Source of the DNA: a phage
Sequence record: PX418922.1
Direction: 5' to 3' (one strand)
DNA: 64,000 nucleotides
The translations under genes and the position numbers were made by a program. The stretch's first letter is position 1; each line of letters opens with the position of its first letter. The notes under the pieces were generated by a model. That model did not search any database, was not told the DNA's origin, and was given only the letters and a program-made list of their open reading frames with translations. Shown piece after piece: positions 28,963 through 36,674 of this stretch.

Positions 28963-29017
28963 TTGACAACAAACAACAACCTGATAAGATGTATCACATA
29001 GGGGCGACAAGCGCCCC
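28963..29017 (+). promoter_or_regulatory. island promoter + 5' leader hairpin (P2)
   Basis: TTGACA-N16-TAAGAT-GTATCAC-ATAG then hairpin GGGGCG-ACAA-GCGCCCC. Confidence 0.55.
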
Positions 29018-29041
29018 GCCTAACAGAAGAGAGAAATCATC

Positions 29042-29314
29042 ATGGCATCATATAGCGCAACAATGATCGTAACTGGCACCACTGGTAAACCTATGAGCGG
29101 TGGCGGATCTTTCGCTAATATTAATATTGACGGGCGCTTATCCCTGGACGCAGCGATCACCGTGGCGCGGGAAACATTTAAGAAAGAATGTAAATTCAAT
29201 AAACAAGATTATCTCGGTTTCGCTATTGAAAAAACCGCGCGCTTTGTTGATTATAAAAGCCCGAAAATGGTTGATACTACACTGAAAGCGCAAGATGTAG
29301 CCTTTTTGCTTTAA
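29042..29314 (+). CDS. island small protein (90 aa), Gly-rich N-terminus
   Basis: ORF track; AGAGAGA RBS. Confidence 0.55.
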   Translation: MASYSATMIVTGTTGKPMSGGGSFANINIDGRLSLDAAITVARETFKKECKFNKQDYLGFAIEKTARFVDYKSPKMVDTTLKAQDVAFLL

Positions 29315-29317
29315 GGC

Positions 29318-29371
29318 TTGACATTAACGAATAATTTGTTAATATGTTACATAAAGCGGGAATAGTTCCCG
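29318..29371 (+). promoter_or_regulatory. island promoter + 5' leader hairpin (P3)
   Basis: TTGACA-N16-TAATAT-GTTACAT then hairpin GCGGGAA-TAG-TTCCCGC. Confidence 0.55.
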
Positions 29372-29390
29372 CTATTTGTAAGGTGGTAGA

Positions 29391-29648
29391 ATGTTTTACA
29401 TCAAATTAAAAGGTCACGTGATCGCGTTCAAAGATAACGCTTTTTACAGATTAGCAAAATATGCGTTAATACATCCCCACTATGTTTATATAAGGGGGCG
29501 TGATGAAATAAATATTTTTGATCAAACAACATGCGAAAACATCGAGATCCGCAAGGTTGGCGTACGTGATTATCGTACATCTTTCTACCCTTGCAAGGAT
29601 TCAGCAAGTCTTTTTAAAGTATGCCAATTGTTGAAAAAAGGTGGTTAA
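29391..29648 (+). CDS. island small protein (85 aa)
   Basis: ORF track. Confidence 0.55.
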   Translation: MFYIKLKGHVIAFKDNAFYRLAKYALIHPHYVYIRGRDEINIFDQTTCENIEIRKVGVRDYRTSFYPCKDSASLFKVCQLLKKGG

Positions 29649-29649
29649 T

Positions 29650-30207
29650 ATGGGCCGCGAATATGTGATCCAGTCTTGGGTAAAACATGAAGCAGATGAT
29701 CCGCGCATCATTCCCGATCATCTTATCGATGAATCCACGGGATATAGCGGTGAGCAAATAGGTAACAGATTAGCACGTAGTAACGGCAACGTAAAAGCGC
29801 GTTATGTGCGCCCTGGCTGGCTGGCAAATGGTAACGCTGATTTATCCAGTGCGGAAGATGCGAGCGACGGCGCGAAAGATAATCCTTTGTACAAAATTGA
29901 TCCGGCTTTTCGTGTCCTGGATGAATACCCCAGCAAGATAGCGGCGCTCGATCAGGCCCTGGAAAGTAAGCGCATCACCTGGACCGCTTACAACATGGCA
30001 AAAAACGTACTTGATGGTAAATTGATTCAAGCTGAAAGAAAATTAGCCAAAATTGCAGCCATAACCCAGGAGGAAGACGAGGAGACAACGGAAGAGGAAG
30101 AGTACGAAGAGATCCCGCCGTTGTTGTGTGTTGATGCTTTCCCTGATTATCAGCCGACAGAGGAAGAAAAAAGGATCGCACTAGAAAACTTTGAAAATAG
30201 TCTTTGA
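29650..30207 (+). CDS. island protein with acidic C-terminal tail (185 aa)
   Basis: ATG after AAAGGTGG; C-terminus EEDEETTEEEEYEE; no own promoter. Confidence 0.5.
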   Translation: MGREYVIQSWVKHEADDPRIIPDHLIDESTGYSGEQIGNRLARSNGNVKARYVRPGWLANGNADLSSAEDASDGAKDNPLYKIDPAFRVLDEYPSKIAALDQALESKRITWTAYNMAKNVLDGKLIQAERKLAKIAAITQEEDEETTEEEEYEEIPPLLCVDAFPDYQPTEEEKRIALENFENSL

Positions 30208-30260
30208 CATATCGCCGCCACTGGCATAATATTTACCACGTAGGGCGGCAATGGTGCCGC
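30204..30260 (+). promoter_or_regulatory. island promoter + 5' leader hairpin (P4)
   Basis: TTGACA-N17-ATAATA-TTTACCAC-GTAG then GCGGCA-ATGG-TGCCGC. Confidence 0.55.
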
Positions 30261-30289
30261 TCATAGTGAAATTATGCAAGAGGTTTGCA

Positions 30290-30385
30290 ATGATTAATAA
30301 AGAAAATAGCTTGACGGTTGGAACGATTAACGCTATCATTCTTGCCGTTCCATTTTGGATTGTATTAGCGGCTATTATTTTCTAA
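30290..30385 (+). CDS. hydrophobic micro-protein (31 aa)
   Basis: MINKENSLTVGTINAIILAVPFWIVLAAIIF; only coding capacity downstream of P4. Confidence 0.35.
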   Translation: MINKENSLTVGTINAIILAVPFWIVLAAIIF

Positions 30386-30394
30386 AAAATATTC

Positions 30395-30455
30395 TTGACA
30401 ACGTTTTTTAATCTGATAAGATGTATCACATAGGGCGGCGGAATACTTCCCCGCC
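30395..30455 (+). promoter_or_regulatory. island promoter + 5' leader hairpin (P5)
   Basis: TTGACA-N16-TAAGAT-GTATCAC-ATAG then GGCGG..GGAA-TAC-TTCC.CCGCC. Confidence 0.55.
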
Positions 30456-30476
30456 AAAACAAAAAAGGGTAACACA

Positions 30477-30839
30477 ATGAGCAAGCAAATCAATACTATC
30501 ATGTTTAATCTGGTATCTTTCCGCGATGATATGAAAAATTTACCACGTGAAACGGTTGATATTCATGTTTCAGCTTATCGCGCCCTTATTGATATGTTAC
30601 CGCTAAAACGTGATCAACATGCCGCTAATATGATGCTTAATGCTATGCTTAAAAAGATGATTCAAACGGATCTCACCCTGGCGTATGAGTATCAAGGGCG
30701 CTTATATGCAACTTACAACAAGGCGGTACCTGGTCTGGGAAGTACCGAAGAGTTGCACGGCTTAAACCTGGATCAAAACACTTGGGATAGTATGCGCCGC
30801 GTTATGGTATGGGCCGAAAGCGGTAAAATTTACGAATAA
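30477..30839 (+). CDS. island small protein (120 aa)
   Basis: ORF track. Confidence 0.55.
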   Translation: MSKQINTIMFNLVSFRDDMKNLPRETVDIHVSAYRALIDMLPLKRDQHAANMMLNAMLKKMIQTDLTLAYEYQGRLYATYNKAVPGLGSTEELHGLNLDQNTWDSMRRVMVWAESGKIYE

Positions 30840-30844
30840 AAACG

Positions 30845-30902
30845 GTTGACATTGTTTAAAATTCTAGTATAGTTTACCACATAGGGCGGGAAGTGGTTTC
30901 CC
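30845..30902 (+). promoter_or_regulatory. island promoter + 5' leader hairpin (P6)
   Basis: TTGACA-N16-TATAGT-TTACCAC-ATAG then GCGGGAA-GTGG-TTTCCCGC. Confidence 0.55.
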
Positions 30903-30927
30903 GCCAACAATGAAAAAGGTTATCATC

Positions 30928-31293
30928 ATGGCTATTAATATTAATGTTTCCGCTTATGCTACCCTGGCTAACACGGCTAAAATTGAATTATCCAGCATTG
31001 AGGCGGTGCATATTAGCGCCCGTCGCTGGTTTCAACGGTCCTACGGTAACACATATTTTTCTTTAATGGTTGACGTTGAGATCGGCGGTAAACTGATCGA
31101 GGTGGTTAACGTTCCGTTTCAATATGGCTATGGTGATCATTTTGATACCGTCGCCCTAGAAGAGTTTAGCAAGGTTATCAACCTGGAAGGTAAAGAGTTT
31201 TCAAATTATGCCTACCTTTCCCGTTTTTGCCGTGACAATGGGATCACTGTATACAGTCATGCGAGCGATGTAAAACGTAAAAAAGATTTATAA
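30928..31293 (+). CDS. island small protein (121 aa)
   Basis: Second in-frame ATG chosen (AAAAAGG upstream); the first ATG abuts the hairpin. Confidence 0.5.
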   Translation: MAININVSAYATLANTAKIELSSIEAVHISARRWFQRSYGNTYFSLMVDVEIGGKLIEVVNVPFQYGYGDHFDTVALEEFSKVINLEGKEFSNYAYLSRFCRDNGITVYSHASDVKRKKDL

Positions 31294-31299
31294 AAAGCA

Positions 31300-31360
31300 T
31301 TGACAGCACGAATAAAAAGAGTAAACTGTATTACATAGAGAGCGGGAACACTTCCCGCCT
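31300..31360 (+). promoter_or_regulatory. island promoter + 5' leader hairpin (P7)
   Basis: TTGACA-N17-TAAACT-GTATTAC-ATAG then GCGGGAA-CAC-TTCCCGC. Confidence 0.55.
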
Positions 31361-31382
31361 CACTGAAAAAGAGAGAAAAATC

Positions 31383-31622
31383 ATGGCTAAATCTAAAATG
31401 TACAACGGTCACAAAAACAAAACTCATTGGAATGTAAGCCTTTGGATTAATAACGATGAATCGTTATACCGGTTGGCCCAAGATTTTATTAACGCTAATG
31501 CTAATCGTAATGATGCGGCGCGGGATATGATGCTTTTTCTGGAACAAACTGGACAAGATAAAACGCCAGACGGTTTCAAATATAGCACTACTGCGATCCG
31601 TGCCGCGATGGTTGGAATGTAA
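31383..31622 (+). CDS. island small protein (79 aa)
   Basis: ORF track. Confidence 0.55.
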   Translation: MAKSKMYNGHKNKTHWNVSLWINNDESLYRLAQDFINANANRNDAARDMMLFLEQTGQDKTPDGFKYSTTAIRAAMVGM

Positions 31623-31631
31623 TAAAAACAG

Positions 31632-31689
31632 TTGACAACGTTTAAAATTAGTGTAAGATGTATCACATAGGGCGGGAAGTGGTTTCCCG
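31632..31689 (+). promoter_or_regulatory. island promoter + 5' leader hairpin (P8)
   Basis: TTGACA-N16-TAAGAT-GTATCAC-ATAG then GCGGGAA-GTGG-TTTCCCGC. Confidence 0.55.
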
Positions 31690-31712
31690 CCAAAACAAAG
31701 AGATTAAAGATT

Positions 31713-31940
31713 ATGGCTATCAATATTGTTCGCGTATCCGGCACCGTTGGCACTTCCCAGGTTATTGCAGTTGTAACAAACAAAAAGATTAATGATGTAT
31801 GTGAGATCTTGAATAAGTGGGCTATTGCTAATTTTGGGGAATATGCAAGCGTCGAGTACATCGAATCCTACCAGGTGCCAACCATCAGCCTAACCGATCT
31901 CAACGTTGATCGCCTGTTATGCCTGGATGAATTGATCTGA
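31713..31940 (+). CDS. island small protein (75 aa)
   Basis: ORF track. Confidence 0.55.
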   Translation: MAINIVRVSGTVGTSQVIAVVTNKKINDVCEILNKWAIANFGEYASVEYIESYQVPTISLTDLNVDRLLCLDELI

Positions 31941-31949
31941 AAAAGATTG

Positions 31950-32006
31950 TTGACACCGGAAAGAAAAAGAGTAAACTGTATTACGTAGGGCGGCAATGGT
32001 GCCGCT
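31950..32006 (+). promoter_or_regulatory. island promoter + 5' leader hairpin (P9)
   Basis: TTGACA-N17-TAAACT-GTATTAC-GTAG then GCGGCA-ATGG-TGCCGC. Confidence 0.55.
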
Positions 32007-32030
32007 CACAACAAAAGAGAGATTATTACG

Positions 32031-32243
32031 ATGGCTAATATCCGCACACTGTTAAAAAATGCAAGTCAAGTTTTATTTTCAGATGACGAGTATTTCAATA
32101 AAGACATTACAGGCGTGAAGAATATCAAAGATGTAAAAAGTGTTATGGGTATATATTGCAATGTTAAACGTGTTGGAACGTTCGGTGATAAAGTATTGTA
32201 CCAATCAGGTGATTACAATTTTACTTTGACGATTATTTCATAA
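32031..32243 (+). CDS. island small protein (70 aa)
   Basis: ORF track. Confidence 0.55.
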   Translation: MANIRTLLKNASQVLFSDDEYFNKDITGVKNIKDVKSVMGIYCNVKRVGTFGDKVLYQSGDYNFTLTIIS

Positions 32244-32248
32244 AACGC

Positions 32249-32310
32249 TTGCAATACTGCAAAAATAAAGTAAACTGTATTACATCAAGGCGGCGGAATG
32301 GTCCACCGCC
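32249..32310 (+). promoter_or_regulatory. island promoter + 5' leader hairpin (P10)
   Basis: TTGCAA-N16-TAAACT-GTATTAC-ATCAA then GGCGGCGGA-ATGG-TCCACCGCC. Confidence 0.5.
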
Positions 32311-32334
32311 TAACAAAGAGAAGAGGAAAATATC

Positions 32335-32502
32335 ATGATCACTTTCGCTACCCGTGAAGCCGCTCGCAACGTTGCACGTAAAGTTAACGCCGCCAACCTG
32401 GGCGCTACTTTTAAAGCGCCTGTAAAAGATGAATCAGGAAAATGGATCTTCCCTGGTCTGCGTCACGCTGATAAGCTAGGCACTTTAAGCCTTAAAAAAT
32501 AA
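32335..32502 (+). CDS. island small protein (55 aa)
   Basis: Read manually (MITFATREAARNVARK...); AGAGAAGAGG upstream; shares MITFA N-terminus with the next gene. Confidence 0.4.
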   Translation: MITFATREAARNVARKVNAANLGATFKAPVKDESGKWIFPGLRHADKLGTLSLKK

Positions 32503-32505
32503 TCG

Positions 32506-32540
32506 TTGACTTTTCGTTATAGCGCCCATTATAAGGCGCT
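32506..32540 (+). promoter_or_regulatory. island promoter with variant hairpin (P11)
   Basis: TTGACT then hairpin AGCGCC-CATTATAA-GGCGCT; -10 element unclear. Confidence 0.35.
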
Positions 32541-32576
32541 ATAGAGAAGAGAAACCACTACTAACAAGGAAACATC

Positions 32577-32798
32577 ATGATCACTTTCGCTATTGTCGCC
32601 GTTGTCGCTGGTCAGGTTTACGTAAACGATACATTCACCACAGAAGACAAGGCCGCAGGAGACATAACCGCCGTTTACAATGAGTGCAAGGCAGTAGAAA
32701 GGATGTTAGCGCCTTGTATGTTAATGAGTGAACGCCAGGACGGGATAACAGTGTTTACTAACATTGAAACAGGGTACCAAATGGTAGTAACAAAATAA
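32577..32798 (+). CDS. island small protein (73 aa), hydrophobic N-terminus
   Basis: ORF track. Confidence 0.5.
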   Translation: MITFAIVAVVAGQVYVNDTFTTEDKAAGDITAVYNECKAVERMLAPCMLMSERQDGITVFTNIETGYQMVVTK

Positions 32799-32801
32799 AG
32801 C

Positions 32802-32858
32802 TTGACACGGATTTAATTTTCAGTAAACTGTTACACGTAGGGCGGGAATAGTTCCCGC
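32802..32858 (+). promoter_or_regulatory. island promoter + 5' leader hairpin (P12)
   Basis: TTGACA-N16-TAAACT-GTTACAC-GTAG then GCGGGAA-TAG-TTCCCGC. Confidence 0.55.
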
Positions 32859-32876
32859 TAAAAAGAGAGAAAGACC

Positions 32877-33230
32877 ATGAAAGCACAAAATGCAATTAAA
32901 GAGTACATCCTTGCCGCTATCGATTTTAATGATTACGGTATTACAACCGAAAAAGAGAAGATCGCGGAATTGATGCGCCGTTTTAATTCCGAGTACTGGT
33001 ACCCTGATAATCAATCACGTTTTAATTATAGTATTGTTAAAGCACTTGCATCATGGTTACAAGGCTTGCCATCAGATATTAATATAGCTTTCGAATATTG
33101 GGAAATTGATCGTTTGTTAACATCCTGGGGATACATTAAAGAGAATAGCAGCGATGATAAAATCCAACGAGAAAGGGAAAATTATTGGCTTTATATTGCA
33201 GGCGTGATCCTTGCTTGCTCTTATGAATGA
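32877..33230 (+). CDS. island small protein (117 aa)
   Basis: ORF track. Confidence 0.55.
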   Translation: MKAQNAIKEYILAAIDFNDYGITTEKEKIAELMRRFNSEYWYPDNQSRFNYSIVKALASWLQGLPSDINIAFEYWEIDRLLTSWGYIKENSSDDKIQRERENYWLYIAGVILACSYE

Positions 33231-33236
33231 TAAACC

Positions 33237-33289
33237 TTGACAATTTTACAAAACAGTTTAAATTAATAATATAGCGGCAATGGTGCCGC
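33237..33289 (+). promoter_or_regulatory. island promoter + 5' leader hairpin (P13)
   Basis: TTGACA-N16-TAAATT then GCGGCA-ATGG-TGCCGC. Confidence 0.5.
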
Positions 33290-33309
33290 TCATATAAAGA
33301 GGAAACAAA

Positions 33310-33456
33310 ATGAATACATCTAATCGCGCAGAAAAAATTCAATCTTCCAAGATCCGCAAGGCCTGGAATGAGGAAGTGATCCGCAAAGGCGACAAGCGCA
33401 ATAAAACAAAGCGCGGGAAGAGTGACAAATATAATTGGATGGATTTAGAGGATTAA
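33310..33456 (+). CDS. highly basic micro-protein (48 aa)
   Basis: Read manually (MNTSNRAEKIQSSKIRKAW...KRNKTKRGKSDKYNW); terminator follows. Confidence 0.4.
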   Translation: MNTSNRAEKIQSSKIRKAWNEEVIRKGDKRNKTKRGKSDKYNWMDLED

Positions 33457-33464
33457 CATAACAA

Positions 33465-33490
33465 GGGCGCACCAAGCGCCCTTTCTTTTT
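33465..33490 (+). terminator. intrinsic terminator
   Basis: GGGCGC-ACCAA-GCGCCC then TTTCTTTTT. Confidence 0.65.
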
Positions 33491-33511
33491 ACATGTAGAG
33501 GATAAACAAAA

Positions 33512-33697
33512 ATGACTTTAAACGAGCTTAAAACAGCCTATAACGCAACATTAAAAATAGCCGTGCGTTACCGTGACGAATACGGTTTTATTGCGCAGGG
33601 CGTGATCCTGGGCTTTTCTGACGATGGTTTGATCTATGTTGATGCACATCACAACAAGGTTAAACCGGAAAACGTTATCAGTATAAAATATCTTTAA
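33512..33697 (+). CDS. island small protein (61 aa)
   Basis: ORF track; GAGGATAA upstream. Confidence 0.45.
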   Translation: MTLNELKTAYNATLKIAVRYRDEYGFIAQGVILGFSDDGLIYVDAHHNKVKPENVISIKYL

Positions 33698-33703
33698 AAG
33701 TGG

Positions 33704-33760
33704 TTGACACCATAACCGGACCTGTTAAACTGTATTACATCAGGCGGGGAATAGTTCCCC
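33704..33760 (+). promoter_or_regulatory. island promoter + 5' leader hairpin (P14)
   Basis: TTGACA-N16-TAAACT-GTATTAC-ATCAG then GGGGAA-TAG-TTCCCC. Confidence 0.55.
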
Positions 33761-33783
33761 AACCATACAAAAAGGTAAATATT

Positions 33784-33990
33784 ATGATCACCGCAAAACA
33801 AGAAAAAATCATTATCGACGTTGCAGCCGTTGCCGCTATTGCTATTATTGGATCTTATTATGATACCCGTTTCCCGTCGGCTATGCATGAGATCGCCGCC
33901 GTTGCATCAGTTGGCGTGCTGTTTTACGTTGGTAAACGCTATTTATCACCAATGATTAACAAGCTGACACCGTGGAAAAATAAAGGTTGA
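33784..33990 (+). CDS. island small membrane protein (68 aa)
   Basis: Start moved downstream of hairpin; hydrophobic AAVAAIAIIG segment. Confidence 0.5.
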   Translation: MITAKQEKIIIDVAAVAAIAIIGSYYDTRFPSAMHEIAAVASVGVLFYVGKRYLSPMINKLTPWKNKG

Positions 33991-34041
33991 TCCTGTTTTA
34001 TATTGTGTTATAGTTATCGTGTAGGGCGGCAATGGTGCCGC
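33987..34041 (+). promoter_or_regulatory. island promoter + 5' leader hairpin (P15)
   Basis: TTGATC-N16-TATAGT-TATCGT-GTAG then GCGGCA-ATGG-TGCCGC. Confidence 0.5.
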
Positions 34042-34061
34042 GCCCCTTTGAGGATGCAATC

Positions 34062-34346
34062 ATGAGTAAAGCTAACACCGTGCTAATGTTTTCCCTGATT
34101 AATGATCCCGCTTACTTGTCCAACATGACGCAGGAGGGTAACACATTAACGGCAACATTCACCAATAAGCTTGACCGAGTGATCATCATCTCACTGAAAA
34201 CAGTTAGTAAAGGCTTTTACTCGTTAGCTTATCATTGGATCACTGATACCGATGAGACAAGCCAGGACTATAGCGCCCCTTTCCCTGAATCAATGGCACG
34301 GGAGATCATCGCCGCCGTTGTAAATGATGGTTTGTTTACTGCATAA
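34062..34346 (+). CDS. island small protein (94 aa)
   Basis: Start moved to ATG downstream of hairpin. Confidence 0.5.
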   Translation: MSKANTVLMFSLINDPAYLSNMTQEGNTLTATFTNKLDRVIIISLKTVSKGFYSLAYHWITDTDETSQDYSAPFPESMAREIIAAVVNDGLFTA

Positions 34347-34363
34347 ATAATTTAGAAAAAGGC

Positions 34364-34422
34364 TTGCAATCATTTTGAGATAGTGTATATTTAATTCATA
34401 GGGCGGCGGGAATAGTTCCCAA
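34364..34422 (+). promoter_or_regulatory. island promoter + 5' leader hairpin (P16)
   Basis: TTGCAA-N16-TATATT-TAATTC-ATAG then GGGAA-TAG-TTCCC. Confidence 0.5.
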
Positions 34423-34443
34423 AGCAAACGAGAGGATTACACG

Positions 34444-34563
34444 ATGAGCAAGTACACAGTAGAATACACGGTAGAGAATCCGGCAGTATCCGAAGGTAAA
34501 AAGATGACATTTGCCATCAGTATAATCGCTTTCGTTGTCACTATCTTATCAATCATCTTATAA
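34444..34563 (+). CDS. hydrophobic micro-protein (39 aa)
   Basis: Read manually (MSKYTVEYTVENPAVSEGKKMTFAISIIAFVVTILSIIL). Confidence 0.35.
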   Translation: MSKYTVEYTVENPAVSEGKKMTFAISIIAFVVTILSIIL

Positions 34564-34573
34564 GGTACACACC

Positions 34574-34735
34574 ATGAAAATAACAGACATTATCAAAGAG
34601 ATCGCCCTTGCCGCTGGCGTTGAAGTCGAGGAAGTGATCGCGCTCAATCTTACAGAAAACGATCTGCGCAACTATGAAGCGGAAAGCGTGAAAGCAAGCG
34701 GCGCGGTCCTGGTATATGATCCGGCTAACAAGTAA
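34574..34735 (+). CDS. island small protein (53 aa)
   Basis: Start moved to MKITDII... Confidence 0.4.
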   Translation: MKITDIIKEIALAAGVEVEEVIALNLTENDLRNYEAESVKASGAVLVYDPANK

Positions 34736-34744
34736 GGGGGTAAC

Positions 34745-34855
34745 ATGAATCCGAAAGATATGCAAGCATGGAAAGGGTACGACGATCTAAGCGCCTTGCG
34801 CAATAAGTCAAGCCGTAACTTTAGACGGTTGGAAGCAAAGAAAAAGAAAAAATAG
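34745..34855 (+). CDS. basic micro-protein (36 aa)
   Basis: Read manually (MNPKDMQAWKGYDDLSALRNKSSRNFRRLEAKKKKK); GGGGG upstream. Confidence 0.35.
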   Translation: MNPKDMQAWKGYDDLSALRNKSSRNFRRLEAKKKKK

Positions 34856-34856
34856 T

Positions 34857-34912
34857 TTGACAAGTCCGCCTAGTCTGATAATATGTATCTTGTAGGGCGG
34901 CAATGGTGCCGC
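34857..34912 (+). promoter_or_regulatory. island promoter + 5' leader hairpin (P17)
   Basis: TTGACA-N16-TAATAT-GTATCTT-GTAG then GCGGCA-ATGG-TGCCGC. Confidence 0.55.
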
Positions 34913-34933
34913 TCACAAGAAGAGAGAAAAATC

Positions 34934-35218
34934 ATGAAAATTACAAAAAGCCTAACTAATTATGCAGCACGTCGCGGATTATGTTTAACCGTTGAAAACT
35001 TAGGGAAAGAAGACTTTTTGTGTTTTTGGGAGCTTGAGAATGATTGCGAGTGGATGTTTTCTTATTCTATCTGCGAAGATCAAAACGGTTGTTTGTTAAC
35101 CTGGCGCGGTAATATCTATTTACCGGAAGAAATTAAAGAAGAGTTACCAGGTACGATCATGACAGAGAGACAGCTTAAGGAAGTGATCAATTTTGTAGGG
35201 CAAAACATTAAAAAATAA
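34934..35218 (+). CDS. island small protein (94 aa)
   Basis: Start moved downstream of hairpin; AGAGAGA RBS. Confidence 0.5.
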   Translation: MKITKSLTNYAARRGLCLTVENLGKEDFLCFWELENDCEWMFSYSICEDQNGCLLTWRGNIYLPEEIKEELPGTIMTERQLKEVINFVGQNIKK

Positions 35219-35219
35219 T

Positions 35220-35280
35220 TTGACAGCAGGCAAACAACGTAGTAAAGTTTACCACATAGGGCGGCGGAATGGTCCACCGC
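35220..35280 (+). promoter_or_regulatory. island promoter + 5' leader hairpin (P18)
   Basis: TTGACA-N17-TAAAGT-TTACCAC-ATAG then GGCGGCGGA-ATGG-TCCACCGC. Confidence 0.55.
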
Positions 35281-35303
35281 TCACAACAGAAGAGAAACAA
35301 ATC

Positions 35304-35474
35304 ATGATCCCGACTATGTTTTATGTATCGCGCAAAGGTCACAATATTTTTTGGTCTGAAGATTTAAATGAAGCTATGACGTTTGCCCGTGATCGTGTTG
35401 CTATCGGTGGCGTTAACATCACCGTAACCGATGAAAATGGCATTGAATACTATAACGGCGACGATGAAGAATAA
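35304..35474 (+). CDS. island small protein (56 aa)
   Basis: Start moved to MIPTMFYV... Confidence 0.45.
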   Translation: MIPTMFYVSRKGHNIFWSEDLNEAMTFARDRVAIGGVNITVTDENGIEYYNGDDEE

Positions 35475-35479
35475 TTAAT

Positions 35480-35512
35480 GAGGCGGGGGAGTATTCCCCG
35501 CCGTCAATAAAG
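35480..35512 (+). promoter_or_regulatory. orphan leader-type hairpin with no recognisable promoter
   Basis: GGCGGGGGA-GTA-TTCCCCGCC immediately ahead of the RBS of 35522. Confidence 0.4.
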
Positions 35513-35521
35513 AGGTAAATC

Positions 35522-35791
35522 ATGAAAATATCATTAGACGTTGCAATCAAGGCCATCGAATCCGGTTACACCCTGGTAAAAGATGATAAGGCTAAAACCG
35601 TGCACCACGTTAACAAAGAAACAGGCGAAAGCATGATCACATATAAAGCCGCCTACTTTCTCCAATCAGTAGCAGATCCGCGCGTACAACGCCAGGTTAC
35701 AGCGGCTATTGCTAAAAAATTATGTGCTTTACAGGGCACAAGTTTTAACGAGATCGCCCCGTGTTTTGACTGGTCGAGCTTGAAAAAATAG
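35522..35791 (+). CDS. island small protein (89 aa)
   Basis: ORF track. Confidence 0.5.
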   Translation: MKISLDVAIKAIESGYTLVKDDKAKTVHHVNKETGESMITYKAAYFLQSVADPRVQRQVTAAIAKKLCALQGTSFNEIAPCFDWSSLKK

Positions 35792-35792
35792 T

Positions 35793-35845
35793 TTGACAAC
35801 AATTATAAATCGGGTAGAATGTATTTCGTAGGGCGGGGCAATGGT
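35793..35845 (+). promoter_or_regulatory. island promoter with degenerate hairpin (P19)
   Basis: TTGACA-N16-TAGAAT-GTATTTC-GTAG then GGGCGGGGCAATGGTGCAACGCC. Confidence 0.45.
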
Positions 35846-35872
35846 GCAACGCCTACTAATGAGGGTAAAATC

Positions 35873-35977
35873 ATGTTAGAGAAAATTTTCACGGTTGTAG
35901 TAGTGGGCCTGGTGTTATCGGTTGGAGTGGTTGCAACTATGGCTAACATGATCCTATCTTCCCACGGTATTGGATAA
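35873..35977 (+). CDS. hydrophobic micro-protein (34 aa)
   Basis: Read manually (MLEKIFTVVVVGLVLSVGVVATMANMILSSHGIG). Confidence 0.35.
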   Translation: MLEKIFTVVVVGLVLSVGVVATMANMILSSHGIG

Positions 35978-35987
35978 GGTGAATCAA

Positions 35988-36203
35988 ATGATCACGAATA
36001 AGACAGGTAAAACAGAATTTTTACGCGCCTTGCAGATCGGCAAGCCTGAGATCTGGCATTGCACTAAATCCGCGCATAATGAAATGAAAGATTTTACCGC
36101 TACTTTACAACGTGTTAAAATATCTATCACACAGAAAAAAGCCTTGTTAGTAGTAGAAAACGAGATCCCGCAAACTATTATTATTGTCGAGCGTACAGCA
36201 TGA
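35988..36203 (+). CDS. island small protein (71 aa)
   Basis: Start moved from TTG to the in-frame ATG. Confidence 0.45.
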   Translation: MITNKTGKTEFLRALQIGKPEIWHCTKSAHNEMKDFTATLQRVKISITQKKALLVVENEIPQTIIIVERTA

Positions 36204-36586
36204 AAACAGAAATCATTATTGAAATCATCAACGGTTATAAAGAAGCCTTTATTTTTGCTGAATCAGCAAGGGATCATGAAGGTAATTTTATTGATAACTT
36301 AGACGATTATGATTTTTCTCCTAGCGTGGATCAACGGATCGCCCAGGATGTAACAGCCTTTATTAATGCTAATCTTGCCGCTATCTCTGAGGCAATGAGC
36401 GACGGCGCAACAGCCAACCAGATCGGGAATGATTTACATTTTACCCGTAACGGTCACGGCGTAGGCTTTTGGGATCGCCCTGAAATATACACCACTAACA
36501 CGGCGAACCGCCTAACCAATGCAGCTAAGTTTATGCCGAACGTGTCGGCTTACATTGGTGAAGATAATTTGATTTATATTGAATAA
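36200..36586 (+). CDS. island small protein (128 aa)
   Basis: ORF track; ATGA coupling. Confidence 0.5.
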   Translation: MKTEIIIEIINGYKEAFIFAESARDHEGNFIDNLDDYDFSPSVDQRIAQDVTAFINANLAAISEAMSDGATANQIGNDLHFTRNGHGVGFWDRPEIYTTNTANRLTNAAKFMPNVSAYIGEDNLIYIE

Positions 36587-36592
36587 AAAGTA

Positions 36593-36650
36593 TTGACACC
36601 GATCCCCAATATGGTACTATTTACCACGTAGGCGGGAAATGGTTTCCCGC
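36593..36650 (+). promoter_or_regulatory. island promoter + 5' leader hairpin (P20)
   Basis: TTGACA-N16-TACTAT-TTACCAC-GTAG then GCGGGAA-ATGG-TTTCCCGC. Confidence 0.55.
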
Positions 36651-36674
36651 CAGGTAATCAAAAAGGTAAATACT

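Noticed and set aside
28681-36650. Recurring GC hairpin motif across the island as a possible CRISPR array
   Set aside because: Repeats are spaced irregularly (roughly 250-600 bp), each sits inside a promoter/leader, the intervening sequences are protein-coding, and the repeat sequence varies with compensatory changes; no cas genes.
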